Origin: Porphyridium purpureum
Taxonomy: Eukaryota
Direction of reading: 5' to 3'
Length of the DNA: 64,000 bases
Assembly (NCBI GenBank): GCA_008690995.1
Contig: VRMN01000001.1
Coordinates: 2,666,001 to 2,730,000, forward strand
Shown here: one piece after another, positions 1-11,856 of the stretch
How the letters are laid out: every line of letters begins with the position of its first letter
How positions within the stretch are numbered: the stretch's first letter is position 1
Program-made: the position numbers and the translations under genes
Notes under the pieces: generated by a model
Seen by the model: the letters and a program-made list of their open reading frames with translations, nothing else
What the model was told of the DNA's origin: nothing
The model's database searches: none

Positions 1-844
1 CAGAGGATCATCAGCCCACATGGAAAATCCAAATCCTCCGCGCCAATTCAAAATCGCACGCCTTCTGGTTGGTCATTTAATTTCATGAACGGAATTTTTC
101 TCGATGTTGGGCTTCTGTACTTTTTCCACAGCGCGCTCGCTCTGAAATCGGTGTGGAACCACGTATTCAATGTCTGCGGTCATTGATCTACGTGGTTGAC
201 ATGGGCGGGGCGGGGTGTCAATCCTCATGACATGACGATACACAGAACCTCCGAAAATCAAAACAACCCTGTTCTGGAAATCGAAACGGAGCGGGCGTGA
301 CGGCGCGTTTGTGCGTTTGTGTGTGTAAAGAGTTTATGTAGGTGTTTCGAATTTGGAGTCGCTCGTTCATTTGGATGGCATGTTTTCTCTCTCTAGTGGC
401 TCCACGTGTTTGTTGTATGTGATCTTGCGCGGTGGGTGTGGCGGGGTCGGGGTTGCGCTGGACACCGGACACGTTTCGTTGAATCCAGTAGCGGGCGGGA
501 GGTGTTCTCTGGCCAGACGCGACGTGACGTTCGATTTCTTTGGTACGTTTCGATTCAGATGCTTTTGCAGCGGTTTAATGGTTTCATGTTGATGATCATC
601 AACGCAAATGAAGGAGTGTGAAATTCAACACGCGACACTGTGCGCGATAGTGGAACAATGGGAAGGCGTATAAAGCGCGAAACAGCACTCGTGGGTGTAG
701 ACGGCGAAACAAGTTGTGAAGGTGGGTACGAGAGAAGCATATTCGTCGCGACGCGAGGGCGCAGTGCGAGAAGAGGGCTTACTTGCTTGAACACGTCCTT
801 GAGGCGACTTGGTTGAAAGGGTTTAGATAGGGGAAAAGGAAGCC

Positions 845-1450
845 ATGGAGTGTGCTCTTCTACACATGGGATTTGTCGGCGGGTCGACGGGGCCTGTATC
901 GACTCCACCGCGAGGGTCGACCTCGGCCGCCCGGCTCAGCGGTCTGTCTCCCGCAAGAAGGCTCTTTGACATGAAGGATACAGATCGCGAGCAGCGATTA
1001 CGACGCACGTGGTCGAGGGCGGCGACGGTTGAATCCGGAGCCCCACCGGCGGTGGTGGCGACGGCAACACCGTCGCCTACCGAGACGGTGATGGACAGTA
1101 ACGACAACGCCGGTTCTTTCTGCACACCGCTGAAGGCTTCCACGGCTGCGCTTTACGGAGATGACCAGGATCTCATGACATTCGAGCTGCTGCCCGGGAT
1201 CGAGACAGATAGCATTGAAATGATTACGGCGTTCGATGACATTGGGAGTGATGTGGCGTCTTTCTTTTCGGACGAGAACGCGCTTGCTTTTGAGGAACAA
1301 AGCTGCAGCAGCGTGAATCAGTCTTCTGACGCAACGCCAGTGCTCAGTGAGAATAGCCGATTCTTACCGGTCTCGTGCTCTCGTGGGATCGGCAAGAGGC
1401 GACCGGAGAAACGCGCAGGTGCCAAGGCACAAAAAAACGTACCCGTGTGA
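845..1450 (+). CDS. Hypothetical Ser/Thr/Asp-rich protein, likely disordered
   Basis: 201-aa ATG-initiated ORF with an acidic, low-complexity middle and basic tail; no recognisable domain. Confidence 0.45.
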   Translation: MECALLHMGFVGGSTGPVSTPPRGSTSAARLSGLSPARRLFDMKDTDREQRLRRTWSRAATVESGAPPAVVATATPSPTETVMDSNDNAGSFCTPLKASTAALYGDDQDLMTFELLPGIETDSIEMITAFDDIGSDVASFFSDENALAFEEQSCSSVNQSSDATPVLSENSRFLPVSCSRGIGKRRPEKRAGAKAQKNVPV

Positions 1451-1783
1451 CGCCCGTCGGTGTCCATGGTCGGGTCTCGATTATTATAGCACTTCGCTTG
1501 CGCTGGAGTGGCTTGGCATCCGATATAGCATACGGAAACGCTCTAATCCCTCTTATTGCATTTTGTATAGATATAGAACTTAAAGCCATGAGCTGCATTA
1601 ATTCAGTATCATTTTTACGCCTCTGATAGCTGGTGGGTTTTGAGCACTATCAGCCCTTTAATCAAACAAAGCTTGATAAGAAATAAGCACTCGTGCCACG
1701 GTGCCCACGCAGTCGCGCTGAGGCGCCTGCCCAAAATCGTATACGCCGCTGCCACAAAGTTGCGACTCCGAATCTCCTGCGCT

Positions 1784-2677
1784 TCAAAGCTCTGTCGCGA
1801 CTGGCTTTCGTGCCTGAAACGGTCCGTACGGGTTCTGGACGAGCCGCGAATAAAGCCAGTCCCCGACCCATCCGGGAACCAAGCTGCGCACTGCCACAAA
1901 TGCGCGATTAAGCCAGCTGACGCCAATCCAGTGGTGGTATGCCAACGTTCGCCCTTCGTATCCCACGTGGTCGACGATTTTCTGAAAGACGTCAGCGTCA
2001 ACAATTGAAGACTTGATTCGCCCGCTGTGCACCCAGTGCAGCCAGCTGCGCAAAACATCATAGTCTGCGATATGCTTGCTTTCGACTGGCAAACTGATCT
2101 GCCGAAAGGTGTTTGTGGTAATAAATGTGACGTCGATGCCCAAATGATGAACCTCGAGCCGCAGAGCCTTGCCAAACGCGAGCAGACTACATGTGGCGGC
2201 GGCATGGACTGCGCCGCCGGGAAATGCCAGACTCGAAGAAACATCGCTCAAAAACACGATCTTACCCCTTCCCCTGCGACGCATTTTTGCAAGTACGGCT
2301 TTGATGACGCTCATGGCGGTGGCGGCCGAGTAGAGCTCGAGCTCTGGGCTGACGCCGGTCTCCTCGAACGGGGCGATGCACACGCTGCTGGTCATACATA
2401 CAAGTGCGTCGATAGCTCCCGCGCCGCGATAGACGCGGGTCACCGCGGCCACCACGTCGCTCCACGCGGGACTTGCCAGCGACACGATATTCACGCCGCG
2501 CTTAATTTCCGAGATCTGGGACACCACGGCCGAGCCGGCCTTCTGCGGCCAGTGCTCACTCAGCAGCAGCCAGAACACGACATGTCCGCGATGCGCCAGC
2601 TGCTCCACCAGCGCCGCACAGTCCGCTTCCCCAGGTGCCCCTCCAATGCACACCGTCACCCATGCGCGCTCCGCCAT
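1784..2677 (-). CDS. Short-chain dehydrogenase/reductase family protein with atypical active site
   Basis: SDR-like segments GAIDALV, IAPFEE, VLAKMRRRGRGKIVFLSDVSS and ALRLEVHHLGIDVTFI; the YxxxK position reads HAAAT. First ATG at 2677 (track start is GTG). Confidence 0.8.
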   Translation of the reverse strand: MAERAWVTVCIGGAPGEADCAALVEQLAHRGHVVFWLLLSEHWPQKAGSAVVSQISEIKRGVNIVSLASPAWSDVVAAVTRVYRGAGAIDALVCMTSSVCIAPFEETGVSPELELYSAATAMSVIKAVLAKMRRRGRGKIVFLSDVSSSLAFPGGAVHAAATCSLLAFGKALRLEVHHLGIDVTFITTNTFRQISLPVESKHIADYDVLRSWLHWVHSGRIKSSIVDADVFQKIVDHVGYEGRTLAYHHWIGVSWLNRAFVAVRSLVPGWVGDWLYSRLVQNPYGPFQARKPVATEL

Positions 2678-3660
2678 GCGCTCCTCCACACCCTCATCCC
2701 ACCCTCTCTCCCCCGTCCCCCCTTCTTCCCACTCTTCCCCGGTCTCCCCTGCTCTTTCGCGTACCTCTCTCTGCCGTGCGCTGTACCCCCTAAGCGTAAA
2801 TCTAATATTAAAATAACGTTCACCTTAAACCACAACGTTAAATTTGAGACGTAGTGTACCTCACTAGAATCACTGTACACCATTTTACGCCTTGTGTGTT
2901 TTCCGACGTGTGTAAGCTGCACGCGAGTGGTGGCTGGAAGCCAATTTAGCGCTGCGTCACGCGAAAAAATGCGCGACACCGAAGAAAAGCGATGGCGCGC
3001 CGCCTTCCAGATGCCAGCTGGATGAGAAGAAACAGCTGCTGTGTGTCCATTGCCACGCACTCCGCTCCACGCACCCTTTTTCCGTGCCGGGCGGGGGGGA
3101 GTGCCTGCGGCGTGACGGTTTCGGCAATAGCGTGCGTCCGCCAATGATGGTAGCCTGGTGCGCTTCTGAGTGTTGACTGCGTCTGGGTTTTCCGTCTGCG
3201 CCGTGTGAGTCGCGTGTGCTGCTGCTCTGTCCTTGTGTGTGTCCAGGCCTGCGCGCTTTCACGTGAGATCCGCGCCCTGCGAAGACTGTACAGGTGGATG
3301 TATACGTGTGTGCTGGGATGTCTCTGTTTGTCCACAGGTAGGACACCCAAAGGGCTTCGCTATCTCTTCGACTGTAGTGACACCTTTATTTAAGGTGGAC
3401 CGCGTGCGCACGACACGACACACACGCACGCACGCTTCGACAAGGCAACCGTGCGGGAGTCACGACCTGGAGAAAGGGTCGAGGGGATAGAGCGAGTCGA
3501 GCGTTGATGCGATCTGGCTCTTGAGCGTGGAGTCTCGTGATCGTTGCACAGATAGAATTCGGAGAACGCATCATCGCAGCCACAGGGCACGAAGCAGACT
3601 GACAGCGTGAGGTGCAAAGGGCGCACAAAATAGAACGTGCACAGCGGCGCTCGTTCTTTC

Positions 3661-5091
3661 ATGCGTTCTTGGCGCGCCGCGCTTCTGGCAGGCACCACAG
3701 CAGGCGCGTGCGGCTACTCGTCGTGTGAGTCTGGGACGGAAAAGTGTGTCAGCGGCTCTCGCACGCCGCTGCTGTCTTCGTACGAGGCCATCGTTTTCTC
3801 GCTTTTTCCACCCCTTCATCGCGTTCGCTCTCGGCTTCTGGACGCACTACTCGGGTGCAAAACCGGTGACCGCAGCGCCCACGTCGTAGCAGCTCCCGCG
3901 GACGCGCTTTGCACTCCGGCGGAAAGCGGCGAGCGCAAGTCAGCTGACATGGCGACAATGCTTGTTCGAAGCCGCTCCAGCACAGAGCGCTTCGAAGGAT
4001 GCACTCTCGGCAACAGCACCGAAAAGTCACGGGCCATTGCCGTGCCCGGCTCAGACGACCCGCACCTCATGAACGAGGATGGCGCGCCGCAGCAGCTGTG
4101 CATTCCATTCATTTCGCCACTGTCCGATGCGGCGCGCTCAAGCGAGTCGTCTTTCTCGCAAGACTCAAACGCGCGTCGAGCTCAGGGTGCGTTTGTCGAC
4201 GACGATGGGACAGGTTCTCCTCTTTCGCTCTGCTCTGACCGCTCGCCTTGTTCTGACAGTGAGGGGCACACCTCGCAGCGCAACTGGCACGACGATCGTC
4301 TGGAAAAAAGCTGCACGGTTTCGTCGTCTGACGACGAAAAGCCAGGGCAAGCCGAGGAGCAACGCCAAAACTCACTGCATCAGCCACTCTTGCAGCGCGT
4401 AAGCGAGGCATTTTTGAGAGTGAAACTCGACCAGACCGGGCAAGGCGACGATATCTCTGCAGAGTTGTTTTGCGAGGCCGCACTTGCGACAGTGGGCATT
4501 TTTGACATCTTCCGCGGCGCGGCTCAAATGGTCGGCGAGATGGCGCGACGTGACTGCGCTGTGAATGTGGGAAAGATTCGCCGCGGAATGGCAGCGGCAA
4601 GGGAGGCGTGCGGTGCCGTCGGTCTCCGAGGTATGGTCGAATACGAAATGAAGGGCCGCAGCAAATACGAGCTCGACTCGGGCACAGAAGGCCTCGTGTG
4701 GCTGACGCGCAATCTTCAATTTGAAACACTACTAATCATTATTCTTCTGGAAGACATTGTGGCTGTGTCAGAAGAGGGCGAGAAGCGACGCCCGCGCGCG
4801 ACGAGCGACATTGCCGTCGAAGCGTTCAGAATTTGCTCGCTCTCGAGAAAGTACGCGTGGTGGATGAAAATCATGTTCGAGAACGCGCTGCGCATTGCGC
4901 CACCACGGGACGACTTTATCTTTTCCCTCGCAGCCTGCGAGAATCTGGACGTGGAACGCTCCCTCGCGGAGCTTGCAAATATTATCTATGTAGTGAATGA
5001 GGTTAATGCCGTGCTGGTGAGCAATCCGGCCATCGACGCAGAGACGCCTTTTCTTGACGTACATCGTCCGTACGTAAGTTACGATGTCTGA
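3661..5091 (+). CDS. Glycolipid transfer protein (GLTP) domain protein with long N-terminal extension
   Basis: C-terminal GLTP motifs RRDCAVNVGKI (DxxxNxxK), SGTEGLVWLTRNLQF and APPRDDF; start uncertain (3661 or the later MATML ATG). Confidence 0.75.
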   Translation: MRSWRAALLAGTTAGACGYSSCESGTEKCVSGSRTPLLSSYEAIVFSLFPPLHRVRSRLLDALLGCKTGDRSAHVVAAPADALCTPAESGERKSADMATMLVRSRSSTERFEGCTLGNSTEKSRAIAVPGSDDPHLMNEDGAPQQLCIPFISPLSDAARSSESSFSQDSNARRAQGAFVDDDGTGSPLSLCSDRSPCSDSEGHTSQRNWHDDRLEKSCTVSSSDDEKPGQAEEQRQNSLHQPLLQRVSEAFLRVKLDQTGQGDDISAELFCEAALATVGIFDIFRGAAQMVGEMARRDCAVNVGKIRRGMAAAREACGAVGLRGMVEYEMKGRSKYELDSGTEGLVWLTRNLQFETLLIIILLEDIVAVSEEGEKRRPRATSDIAVEAFRICSLSRKYAWWMKIMFENALRIAPPRDDFIFSLAACENLDVERSLAELANIIYVVNEVNAVLVSNPAIDAETPFLDVHRPYVSYDV

Positions 5092-5346
5092 TGCGAACGT
5101 AAGTATGATACTGTATGTTGAATCCATTTCCCTGAAACGCCGTGACAAGAAAGATTGACCAATTAACAGCACGTGCAAGTATGCTGTCGAAGTGTGGGCC
5201 GGAGGCGCAGTCGAGGTAGGAATGCTCGGTGGTCACGTTTAATCCATGCTTTGCAGTAAATAACGAGAACAAAAGAAAGAAGAGAAGGAAAAGCAAACAA
5301 ACAAGAAAAACAAATCTGGGCTACAACTCGGGTGCATCGGCACCAT

Positions 5347-8300
5347 CTAGTATCCGCTGCAAGACCCGCCAACATGTGCATGACATTCTGGACACCTGCC
5401 TGCCTGGTTGAGCTGTCCACACGCACCCACCGCGTACGGAGCGCCGCATCCGGTACAAATATGCCACTGCGTGAAGTTGGGCGCCTGGAATGAGGTAGAC
5501 TTCAGCGCCCGCTCAACTTCGTCCATCAACTTTTATTGCTGTTCTGGGGTGTGTACGCGAAGAAACTCTGCAAGTCGTTTCGCTTCGTTTCTATCATCCA
5601 AACTCACGGTAACGTTGTCCGAGTGCTGAATCACCCAGTCTAGTTCGCGTCTCGCACGTTCTCGTCGAACTTCATCTTGGCGGCACTCAACCAATCTCGC
5701 CCACCGTACGCGCAAATCGACTCCGTGCCGTATCCATGTCAGTGTGTCGGCAAGCACAATACATTCGTAAACAAGGTTAAGCGCGCTCGTAAACATCGTG
5801 CCCTGCGTGTTATTCAGACTCGCTGCCCTCAATGCCAGTGTCATTCCGATTTCGACGAGGCACCCTGCATTATACCGCGTCGCGTCTGGGGCACCGATAA
5901 ATTTGCCCATTACGGCAGCCGCACGTACGAAAGGATTCTTCCTCGAATTCTTCGTCTCTTCCCACAGTTTAACGAGGCCTTTGCATCCCACTGCCACATT
6001 GCTTTCCTGCTGCGCTTCGCGGCAACGTCCACGCACGAAATTTCCATACTTAAACTTCAGTGCCTCCCAGTTGCGTGCATTCATGGATCTGCCATATCTT
6101 TTCAATGACTTCCTTGAGATGAGTTCTCGGCACTGTGGACAAGGTACAGGTCGGTTCACCCCAGAGTCAGGCATCAGAGCGCGGACCCACGGGCCGTCGC
6201 CGCCATTCCCAACTCTGGCATAGAATGTGTCCATTTCAAACAATCCGTCCTTGGTGCTCATGCAAAGCAAGTGACCGCATCCGAGGGCCAAAACTGCATC
6301 GCTGTCGAGATTTTGCTGCTGAAACGTCCCAAACGTGAGAAGGTCTACGACTTGAGACCGGATCGTCTCGTCGCTTTCGCAAATCTGACAAATGAGTGGG
6401 CACCGTTCGCCGCAAACACTTATGCATTGATGTCCGCACTTGAGAAGCTCATTGCAGCGCAGGTCGCACGGCAGACGATCACACGGCACCCCGCATTCAT
6501 GCTCACACGCGCCACGATGTTCGCACTCCCACGAACATCCTTCAAGACAAATGCTGCACGGTAGGCTACAAGTCATGTTACACTTCGAATGCTCACACGC
6601 CGTAAAGCATGGCTCGTCGCAGCTCGGGCACGCAGCGTTGGGACAGTGCGTGCCTTGACACGCATGTCCACATACAAGGTACTTCTCGCAAGGCATTTCA
6701 CACCGCTCTGCATGTTTGCCGAGCGCTTTGCATTGTAAGCACGTGTTGCCGCATGGATGCCCACAGACCAGGCGCGCCTCACACAATTGAATGCAGCGCG
6801 GCACGGCCGGCCCACTTGCAATGGAGCACGTCGTTTGGTAGACATGGTGACAATGCGGATTCTCATACTGAACTGTGCTTGAGCACTTGACTTCGTTCCG
6901 TTGCTGAAGAACACACGTTGTTTGCTCCTCGTGGCCACAAGGAAGCATAACAATGCACGGTTCACGACACGGTCCGCAGGGTTGACCGCACAATTTAGTG
7001 CACGGATGACCAAGGCGACAAGGGCGTGTACATGGCTGATCGCAGGGCACATATTCATGAGCGATCGAGTGACAGAGCAATTTACACACATGTCCACATT
7101 CAAGTCGAGCGCCGCAGATGGACAAACAACCGCCATTCGGACGCCTCAGTCTGAAATCCTCAGGGGTCCTCAATGCCTCATAAACACCATGCTTTGTGCA
7201 CACCGACGGTATGTAATCAAGCACGGCATGGCTCGCATCCAGAATTGGGAAGATGGTTCCATCCCATAGCGAATGGCTTCGAAAGGTTTCGGAATTACCG
7301 ATCAGATACATAGCCATTCTTGCTCTCGATAAGAGAACTGTCACACGTTCTGCTTCTTTGAGAAACCCGATTGACCCGTCGATGTTCGAACGAACGAGAC
7401 TCACGATGATAATATCAGCTTCATTGCCCTGGTAGTTGTCAACTGTCGAGACAAACAGCAGGCACCGCTTCTGCTGACGAGATGATGCCTCGGCGGGGAC
7501 GCCAGAAACATCACGAGTTTCGATACAATACTCGTCTTTTGGTAAGAGCCCACTTGAACGTAAATCCTCTAAATCACGCTCGTTCATGAGCGCTTGAAGC
7601 TCACCAAAGCACTCGCGCACTAGGTCCCGCAGCACCACAAGTTGTCCAAGGTATGGAGTCAAAATCGTGATGGCGGGGACACTTGTGATGCCTAGGTCGT
7701 CAGTCTTGCCGCTCATGTCGCGCACGTAGCCGCCACCAAAGATTAGCAAACGTGCAAGCTCAATCGCTAATCTAGCCTCGTGCAAATTGCGTTTTGAAAC
7801 TTTCGCGCTGGCAAGCGGTGTTTCCGACATGAGAGCAGCCATATCGTTTTCAGGAATTCGATGGTCCCAAAAGATCACATTCTTCAGGACCACCGAAATG
7901 TCTGGCCTTCCCGACACGTCCGCATGATCGGTTAGTGCCGGGTAAAAGGGCTTGATCAAACACGAAATTTCTGGACGCATGCGTCGTTGAACGGCCAGCG
8001 TGACATACGAATGCATCCCTTGAACAATTAGACGCTCAAACAACGACACGTCTAGCGAAAACGGACCCCGACTCACACTTGTCATCCGGTACTCGGCAAC
8101 CTTCGGGCGCAGTTGCTGATGATCGCCGATCAGAACAAGCTGCTTTATACTCCGCGGCAAAGTCGCGATTACGTGTGCCTCAAGGATTTCGCCGGCCTCT
8201 TCGAATAGAACAATATCTGGCTCCGCAGCCTCGATCATCTCAAACATCACCGCGGCACCTGATGTCGTGGCTCCGATCACGCGGCAATCACGCAAAATAG

Positions 8301-10526
8301 CAGTCTTACTTCGCTGATAAATGGCGTCGAGCTGTTCACGACACGAACAGTACTGGTAAAACAGGTCTGCAAGCTCAGCAATAATTGGCGCTCGATAAAG
8401 CTGCGTCCACTCATTCTCAACCAGTGCCTGTCGCTCCTGTCTGTCGAGGGACCACAGAGGGCCGACCTGCGCCACTATATCATTTGCCGGTTTGCCACGG
8501 TACCACCTTTTCCAGACAATGTCTGGGGTTCCGACACGAATCCATCTATCGTCATCATCCCGATCTGCAGTCAGCTGTTCGAGAACATCAAGCCGTCCTT
8601 CGCTCGTCAAAAGCTTTTCAACGCGCCTCCACGCTCTCATGTTCCACAAGTTGACATTGATTTCGGCCAACTTCTCTTGAACCTCGTTTTCGAGCTCCCT
8701 CCGCTCACTTCAGAGTTGCGCGATAACGCGCCGCGCATCCGGATGGTCGACTCTGGGTGCCAAACGCGCGCGCGCATTCAAGTTTAGCCGCTCAATGCGC
8801 TCCGACTTTGTCTGTGAGCCAATTCTCACCATCATTTCCTCTGCAAGAGTGGAACTGTCAAGAAGTCCTTCTAGAAACTGATCAAGCGCATGGTTTGTGT
8901 ACGTAAGAACCAAGATGCGCAGTCCCGGGGCGTTGTTTAGCACAATGCTGACATACTCAGTACCGGTAAAGCTTTTACCCGTTCCCGGTGGACCTTGCAC
9001 AAGCGCTACTTGATTTGTAAGGCAATGCACCAACGCGCGCGACTGTGAGTGATCTAGCGAGGATGCCTGCTTCAACGATTCAACGGCATCGCGCTCAGAC
9101 GTGTCCAAACGAACCTTCCGCCCGTTTCGTAGCGTAAAGGAGTTCTCATCACCGTCCCGTGAAGGCAGAATGCGCCAGCCATCGCGAAACGGCTGCTGCT
9201 CTGCGCTTTCTCCTGAGGACGTGTTCGAATATTGCCTCAATAAGATCTCACCCAGATGCACCTTTTCGAGGTTTTGCAGGCGCCGGAGAATAGTTTCGTA
9301 CATGCAAAAGCCCGTACTCGCGACGCAAATGTTCCAGCGAATCTGGTAACTTCTGTAGCCGGCCAAGCAGGCTGTGAAGTCCTCCCGACCGCCAAAGTTT
9401 AAGCCGACGTGGACTGAGCCATCAGGCCTCAACAGCCATTCATCTCGTAAGACCACGATTGTCGCAAAGAAAAGAGCTTGCCCCGTGTTGCAGTCCTTAA
9501 AGTACACCAGTGCCCCCAATTTCAGCCCAGACACCGTTCGCCAGAATTCCAGAACTGCACCTTTGTCTATGCTAGCGCGTCGACGCGCAAGCATCTGTGG
9601 CTGTGTAAACTCAACTAGCACGCAAGGGGGCAGCTTACTCCGCACGATGATATCACGAACAAACACACTGTCGAATGCCCGGGGTCCATGGTCAGAAGAA
9701 TAGTTCTGCTGATCCATAAAGTCCAAGAGCCGCGTACGCATGGGCTGCACAAAGTCGTGACGTAACCAGCGGAAGTGGCGATCTAGGTACTCATATTCTG
9801 CGTCCTCAAGGAGAATCTGATTTTGTCGAATGACTTTCACGGGTAGATACGGAGTACTATCAACCGCTCCAAAAATCTCGTCCGCAGTTGGAGTCAACGA
9901 GATATGACGGAAAAGTCGTTATCGTGCCGAAACCCGGGAAGCTCTGTTTGTCCCGACACGCGAGCGAAATGGGTCAGAACTTTTTCATGATCAGCGTCAA
10001 AGTCGGCGTGTGAGCCTCGTCCTATGAGGAAACGCAGACGCTGTGCAGCAGGGTAGGGCGGGGATGCCATCTCGAGTATCTCTACAATCTCGCGCACATC
10101 CTCGTTCTTCCGCACTTCCAGAAATAGAAGAATGGCGCGTTCCAGAAACTTTGCCACGATATCTCGCGCAGTCCAATCACAGATGATGTCCTTCAGTTGC
10201 TCCCACCAAAAAGGTAGTGCCATGAGCATCCCAAAGTATTTGATGCGGCAGCTGTCATATAATTTAGAATGAAGACGCGGAGAGAGAGCCAAGTTTAACA
10301 GCTTTGGCGCTGTTTCAGCAGTACTGAGATGCTCCCATACCAAACGAAGCAGTTTCCCGCCATTATTGCGCTCGTCCACAAGCGCAATGAGAAGTGATGC
10401 TGGGTCAGTTTCTGTACATACCGCATATAAAAGAGCCTGCGCTGCGCGCGCTGGGTCTCCACGCAGCTCAAACTCTTTCTTTCTCAAAAATGCATACAGC
10501 AGGCCCTGCATTCTCGTAGCTTCCAT
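5347..10526 (-). pseudogene. ZNFX1: ZNFX1-like Upf1-family helicase with NFX1 zinc fingers, RING-like segment and RZ finger; reading frame disrupted
   Basis: RHDND...PTADEI motif, Walker A QGPPGTGKS, TYTNHALDQFLE, EEAGEILEAH, IGDHQQLRP, TVDNYQGNEADI, many CGHxC repeats, CGH...CPQCR, and terminal PYAVGACGQ...CPEC...GG. Frameshift at ~9900-9915; in-frame TGA at 8712-8710; in-frame TAA at 5535-5533. Confidence 0.88.
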
Positions 10527-11146
10527 TTCGTTTTCCCTTTCTCACTGTGCTACGATTCCCATACACCCTGTGCGAGAGGACATCCAGCCGCTGATTCGCC
10601 AGCCTTTCAAGAGGTGGCCGGACGAAGGCGACTGTTTATATACCGTGATCCCCTCCGAACAAGGTAGTCACAAGTCATCAGCAAGTCATGACCATCAGCG
10701 AGTCATAATTATCGTCGCAGTACGCAGTAGACGGGCTGGAAATATCACCCCCACCTTGTGCAATAATGTGTATCGCGATGCACGCCACGAGCGGTGAGAT
10801 GGTATGTCTCTTGCTACCATACCGGAGTCCAGCTTGCTCTCCTCAGAGCTTTGCGCAGCCACGCGGTGGGGAGGGCCGAAAAGGACGCCATCTTGTACGC
10901 TCAGGCGTCCCCCAGAAAGCAGCGTGGTTGCGGTGACCTCGTCCCTCACGTTATCGCCCTGCGTGACACACGGCCCGGTCCCCACAAGCTGCTCTGTTCC
11001 AGACAGGGGATGCCATCTCGCAGCATTCTTCCTCCTGTTCGTTTCCTTTAAACATTCCCCTGTCGGATGTGCACAGAAGCAAGGTTTGTACCCAGTTTGA
11101 CTTCTAGTCCGTCAAGAACGTATTGACGCGGTGGCGCGCAGCGCAA

Positions 11147-11842
11147 ATGGCGAGCAGGTCGGCAAGCTCACACAGACACTTCATGGATAACGAGACAGGG
11201 CAGCTGTGTCTCCGCGGCGACGAGCGGCGCGTCGACTGCTTGGATGGTGAGCGTCGCGGACACTTTAAAATCATCCGCGACGCCAGCTTGGAGAACGAGC
11301 AACAGTGTCAACTCCAAGGTGTGCGTCTCCCCAAGCAAAGAGGATTGGCATTTCTGACCCTCAGCGCCCTGCATGTGTTCTGCGCGGGCGGGCTCGTATT
11401 TGTGGAAGGTGAGCAGTGGATGCGGTGGGCAGGGCCCGGCGGATTGACTATATATTGCATAGGCATGATCGTGGCGATGACCCGCGTGGACGTGGGACAG
11501 CTTCGAGTGGCAGAGTCAGCTCAAGTTGTCGCCACGTGTATTTACTTGATAGTTTTGCTCGCGCTTGGACTCACTGTCATGCGGGACCACCATCCACTCG
11601 TCGCAGCATTTCTGAACATGTGTGATAGTATAATGAGTTGTCCTCTCGCCCCGTCTTCGTACATGGCTTTGTTTCTCGCACTACAAGGGGGGCTACTTCT
11701 CGTCTTCTGGGCTAGCTCACGGCCGCGGATGGAGCAAGGCTCGCACCCATTGGACGTCCAGCAGACTGGGGCTGCGCCAGAAGATATTTTGGAGCAGCGC
11801 ATGAAAGCGTTGGCATTAAATGATTCATTTGAAAGCGACTAA
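11147..11842 (+). CDS. Hypothetical membrane protein with about 4 TM helices
   Basis: Four hydrophobic stretches; stop lies 14 bp from the convergent CSN6 stop. Confidence 0.6.
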   Translation: MASRSASSHRHFMDNETGQLCLRGDERRVDCLDGERRGHFKIIRDASLENEQQCQLQGVRLPKQRGLAFLTLSALHVFCAGGLVFVEGEQWMRWAGPGGLTIYCIGMIVAMTRVDVGQLRVAESAQVVATCIYLIVLLALGLTVMRDHHPLVAAFLNMCDSIMSCPLAPSSYMALFLALQGGLLLVFWASSRPRMEQGSHPLDVQQTGAAPEDILEQRMKALALNDSFESD

Positions 11843-11856
11843 AGACGATTCTAACA

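Noticed and set aside
1347..1583. Possible frameshift at the A7 run (1431-1437) extending ORF 845-1450 into YPCDARRC, a zinc-finger-like start
   Set aside because: No histidine ligands or correct spacing follow, so there is no complete finger.
10530..11100. Further N-terminal ZNFX1 coding sequence upstream of the TGA at 10544-10542
   Set aside because: No recognisable conserved motif in any frame, so the true start remains uncertain.
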